Notes under the pieces: model-generated
The model's database searches: none
What the model was told of the DNA's origin: nothing
What the model saw: only the letters and a program-made list of their open reading frames with translations
Translations under genes and position numbers: made by a program
Part shown: positions 60,038 through 64,000 of the stretch, piece after piece
Numbering within the stretch: position 1 is the stretch's first letter
How the letters are laid out: each line of letters begins with the position of its first letter
DNA from: Chiloscyllium plagiosum
Taxonomy: Eukaryota
Length of the DNA: 64,000 bases
NCBI RefSeq assembly: GCF_004010195.1
Contig: NC_057720.1
Location: 16,562,095-16,626,094, forward strand
Direction of reading: 5' to 3'

Positions 60038-62720
60038 GATGTTATTGTCACTGGATTGGTCATCCAGAAATCCAGGTTATTTTACTGCGGGGACTTGGAT
60101 TCAAATTTCACAATAGTGGATGGGGGAGTTTGAATTCAATAAATATCAAAATGATGACCAATAAACCATTGGAATCAAATCTTATCTAGTTCACTAATAT
60201 CCTTTAGAAAGAGAAAACCTAGTCTGGCCTACAGATCCACAGCAATGTGGTTCACTCTTAAGTACCTCGAGCAATGGACTCTGTTGCCTCAAACTTAAAA
60301 AACCTGGCATCAACCAAAACGCCCAGAAATGACATTGGCCCTTTGATCCTGTGAAGTCCTTCTCACCAACATATAAGGGCTACTGCCAAAATTGGGAGAG
60401 CTATCGGTCTGACATATTCATACTTACAGAATCATACCTTATATGTAATGTCTTAGACAACACCATCATTATCTCTGTCCCACCACCAGGACAGATGCAT
60501 CCGCGGTTGAACCCAGTGGCATACAGTCAGGAAGGAGCTGCTCCAGGAGTCCTCAACATTGAAAGCAGACCTTGTGAAGTCTCATGGCATCAGGTCAAAC
60601 ATCGGCAAGGAAGGCTCCTGCTGATTACCGCGAGAAGTCCCCACCTCCGATAATAAATCAGTTCTCCATGTTGAACACCACTTGGAGGAAAAACTGAAAT
60701 TGGCAATGACTCAGAATGTACTGTAATCGGGCAATTTCAGAGTCCATCCCCAAGAATGGTTTTGAAGCATCATTATTAATCGAGCTGGTCAAGTCCGAAA
60801 GGATATAGCTGCTATGCTTGATCTGTGGCAGGTGGTGACGGAACCAACAAGAGGGAAGAATATACTTGACCTCATTCACACCGATGCAGTACATGCATCT
60901 GTCATGACAACATCGAGAAGAATGACCACGCACCACCGTTGTGGAGACAATGTCCTGCCTTCACATTGATCACAAAGTGTGACACTGACAGCATGCTGAA
61001 TGGAATAGACTTTGAATATATCTCTCAAATCAAGTCTGGACATCCAATGAGGCGCTGAGGACCAACAGCAGCAATAGAATTGTTTGCAAATACTAATGGC
61101 AACCTCATAGCCTGGCATACCCCCCCAATCTAATACTAAGATCAAGCCTGGTTCAATGAAGAATGCTGGAGTAGCACCAGGCCTACTTGAACATCAGGTG
61201 TTAATCTGGTGAAGCTACGAAACAAAACCACTACAAGACAAAACTTGTGATCTACAAATATCCCCATTCTCGACAATAGTAGATCAGTGCAAAAGTAGGA
61301 CAAAAGCATTTGCAACAATCTTCAGCCAGGAGTGCTGAATAGATGAGGCATCTTGCCTCCTCCCAAGATCACTAGCGAATAGTACTGAAGAAGTATACTC
61401 CAGATTTGCCATTCCCTTCAAGCTGTTCCAGTACAGGTATAACACAAGCATTTTTCTGACAATGTGGGTAATTGTGTCCTAGGTCGAACCATCTTCAGCT
61501 GCTTTATCAATATCATAAGGTCAGAATAGGGATGTTCACTGATGATTGCACAATATTCTGCACAATTTGCAAATCTTCAGATACTGAAGCAATCCATGTC
61601 CAACGGCAACAGAATTGGGACAAAATTTAGGTTTGGGCTCATAAGTGAAAACTGAGATTTATGCCACCACAAGTGCCAGGCAATGAATATCTCCAACAAG
61701 AGAGAATCAAACCATCGCTCTTGACATTCAATGACTTCACAAAAAACAGGACAATTCCAACCTATTACCACCTTAATATTTTAATCTCAATCATCAGTGA
61801 ATTTATGACAAGTATCATCAACAGTGCTATCAAGCAACACTTGCTTAGTGATAACCTGCTCAGCCTGCTTTCTGACAGGGTGTCTCAATTCCTGACTTCA
61901 ATATTGCTTTGGTTCAAATGTGGACAAAAAAGCTGAACTCCAGAGGGGATGTGAAAGTGACTGCACTTGATATCAAGGTTGTATTTGACTGAATGTGGCA
62001 TTAAGAAACCCTAGCAGATTTGGAGTCAATGGGAATTGGGAGAAAACTTTCCTCAGTTGGAGCCACACCTGACAAAGCTGGTTGTGGTTGGTGGAGGTCA
62101 GTCATCTCAGCTCCAGGGCAGTTCTGCAGGAGTTCCTCAGGGTTGTGTCCTAGGTCTAACCATCTTCAGCTGATTCATCAATATCATAAGTTCAGAAGTA
62201 GGGATGTTCACTGATGATTACACAATATTCTGCACAATTTGCAAATCTTCAGATACTGAAGAATCCGTGTCCAAAGGCAACAGGATTGGGACAAAATTCA
62301 GGTTTGGGCTGACAAGTAAAAACTAAGCTTTATGCCACCACAAGTGCCAGGCAATGAATATCCCGAAAAAGAGAGAATCAAACCATCGCTCTTGACATTC
62401 AGTGACTTCACATTCATTGAATTCCTGACTATCAGTTTCTAGGGATTATGATTGACTCGGAACTAAATGGTAGAAATCACTACAAATACTGTGGCTCCAA
62501 GTACAGGTCAGAGCTCAGAATCCTGCAGCAAGTAACTCACCCTGTGACTCCACAAAGTCTGATCTTACAAAACAGAAGTTGGGAGTGTGATGGAATACTC
62601 CCCATTTGACTGGATGAATGCAGCACCAACAACATTCAAGAAACTTGATGCCATCCAGCAACAAAGCAACTTATTTGATTGGCATCACATCCATAAACAC
62701 TCAGCCTCTCCACCCCAATG
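60038..62720 (+). mobile_element. Second, older copy of the tRNA-head LINE
   Basis: Head homologous to 2760-3040, followed by DIFILTESYL, EVSWHQVKHRQGRLLLIT, LDIKVVFD, MFTDD and MEYSPFDWM remnants. Confidence 0.85.
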
Positions 62721-62959
62721 TTCAGCTTGCAGAAAGCTTTGTTTAAATCCATATTGGATTTCCTGTCCCTCATCTAGTTAGTATTGTGGGACAATGGAAA
62801 CTCCTGATCTTGAATTTTGTACAATGTGTGAACTGCCTCCCAAGGGATCCGTTGTCTCCTTGATTTTCAAACTGGTTAATGCCAATGTATCCCTAGCCAG
62901 TTTGAGTGGACAGAAGTTGGTCAATGTCTCTATTTAGTGGAGTTGGTTTCTTTTTAGTA

Positions 62960-63200
62960 ATTGAAGTTAAAATACGGAATCAGTTGGCTGGACTGCTGAC
63001 TTGCAATGCTGGACGATGATGATGATGCTACAGCATAGGTTCAATTCCTGCACCAGCTGATGTTACAGTGAAAGACTCTCCTCCTCAACCTTTCCTCTCA
63101 CCCAAGGTGTGTTGACTGTCTTGTTAAACCATGACTAGTCATCTTTCTCTAATGAGAGTGCAGCTCTATTGTTTAATAGGACTACAGTGATTTTACCTTC
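62960..63200 (+). mobile_element. Old tRNA-derived SINE of a different family
   Basis: B-box GGTTCAATTCC at ~63038 and SINE-like body; decayed. Confidence 0.45.
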
Positions 63201-63324
63201 AATAACTGAAAGCTTTTGACCCTGATACCAACAGTCTGTGTATTGAACAGGGTCATATTTTCCAAAACTGGAATAATCCTTTGCAAAAAACATTTGGATT
63301 AAAAATGATAACTCTTCATAAGGT

Positions 63325-63690
63325 ATAATGGCAACAGTGGTTACGTGACCAGACCAGTAATCCAGAGACTTGGACTGATGACCTTGAGATATGCATGCAA
63401 ATCTCACCATGGCAGCTAGATTTTAAATTCAGTTAAATAATTACATTTGAAATAAAAAGCTAGCAACATTAATGATGTCCATGTTTCACAAATGTCGTTT
63501 GGGGAAGAAAATCTTCTGTCTTTATCTGGTCTCACCCATATGTGTCTCCAGTCCCATATTAATATGGTTAACTCTCAACCATTGTCTAAAATTGCCTTTC
63601 AAATTAAGTCATATCTCTCAAATAAATAGGGATTGGCAATGAAAACTTAAACAATTATTGTCAGCGATGCTGACATCTGTGAATTATTTA
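63325..63690 (+). mobile_element. Old tRNA-head SINE (variant of the 14247-14610 family)
   Basis: CAGTAATCCAGAGAC head, GGGGAAGAAAATCT...CTCCAGTCCCA body, AGGGATTGGCAAT tail. Confidence 0.6.
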
Positions 63691-64000
63691 ATAAAATTAT
63701 GTAATAAAATAAAGCCTCTGTCCATGTATAAGTCCTTACCTAGGTCTCAGCTAGAATGCTATACCCAGCTTTGGTTTCATTATGTCATGGCAGTTAATGA
63801 GGCTTTCCAGTGGGTAATCTGTGTCTTGTGTAAGGCCCTGTTGTATTTAACAAGGCCTTTTACTATCTTAATAAATTGTAGCAAGCAAAATAAAGTACAT
63901 AAAGACAAAAAACACTTTAAAATATAAATCAATCTCCAAAATGTGGCCTGAATCTTGACCAGACAGCTCTCTTCAGGCAGAGATAAATTAAAAACTGTCA

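Noticed and set aside
1..64000. CRISPR array, operon or other prokaryotic system
   Set aside because: No regularly spaced repeat-spacer array or gene-dense region; the sequence is eukaryotic and repeat-dominated.

Overview
Vertebrate nuclear DNA, very probably from a shark or ray (inferred from HE1-type V-SINEs, CR1/HER1-type LINEs and Penelope-like elements), with two assembly gaps (8352-8603, 42004-42564). I found no recognisable host protein-coding exon. The long ORFs that can be recognised are retroelement fragments; many others are their antisense shadows. About 57 kb looks like the repeat-filled first intron(s) of an unidentified minus-strand gene. Its GC/CpG-rich, apparently bidirectional promoter lies at about 57550-58450. 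The repeats include many nested CR1 LINEs, two copies of a second LINE family with a tRNA-like (Pol III box) head plus SINEs made of that LINE's two ends, several solo LTRs with 4-bp target-site duplications (TSDs), a Gypsy pol remnant and two Tc1/pogo-type MITEs. The most striking signal is about ten minimal type-I hammerhead ribozyme (HHR) motifs in three sequence families derived from Penelope-like elements (PLEs). Several sit in tiny (86-216 bp) insertions with 11-15 bp TSDs, some as long fold-back hairpins, and their breakpoints repeatedly fall at the 5' edge of the ribozyme core. HHRs in PLEs are known; the recurrent mini and fold-back architecture is the part worth testing. Boundaries of old, decayed repeats are approximate.
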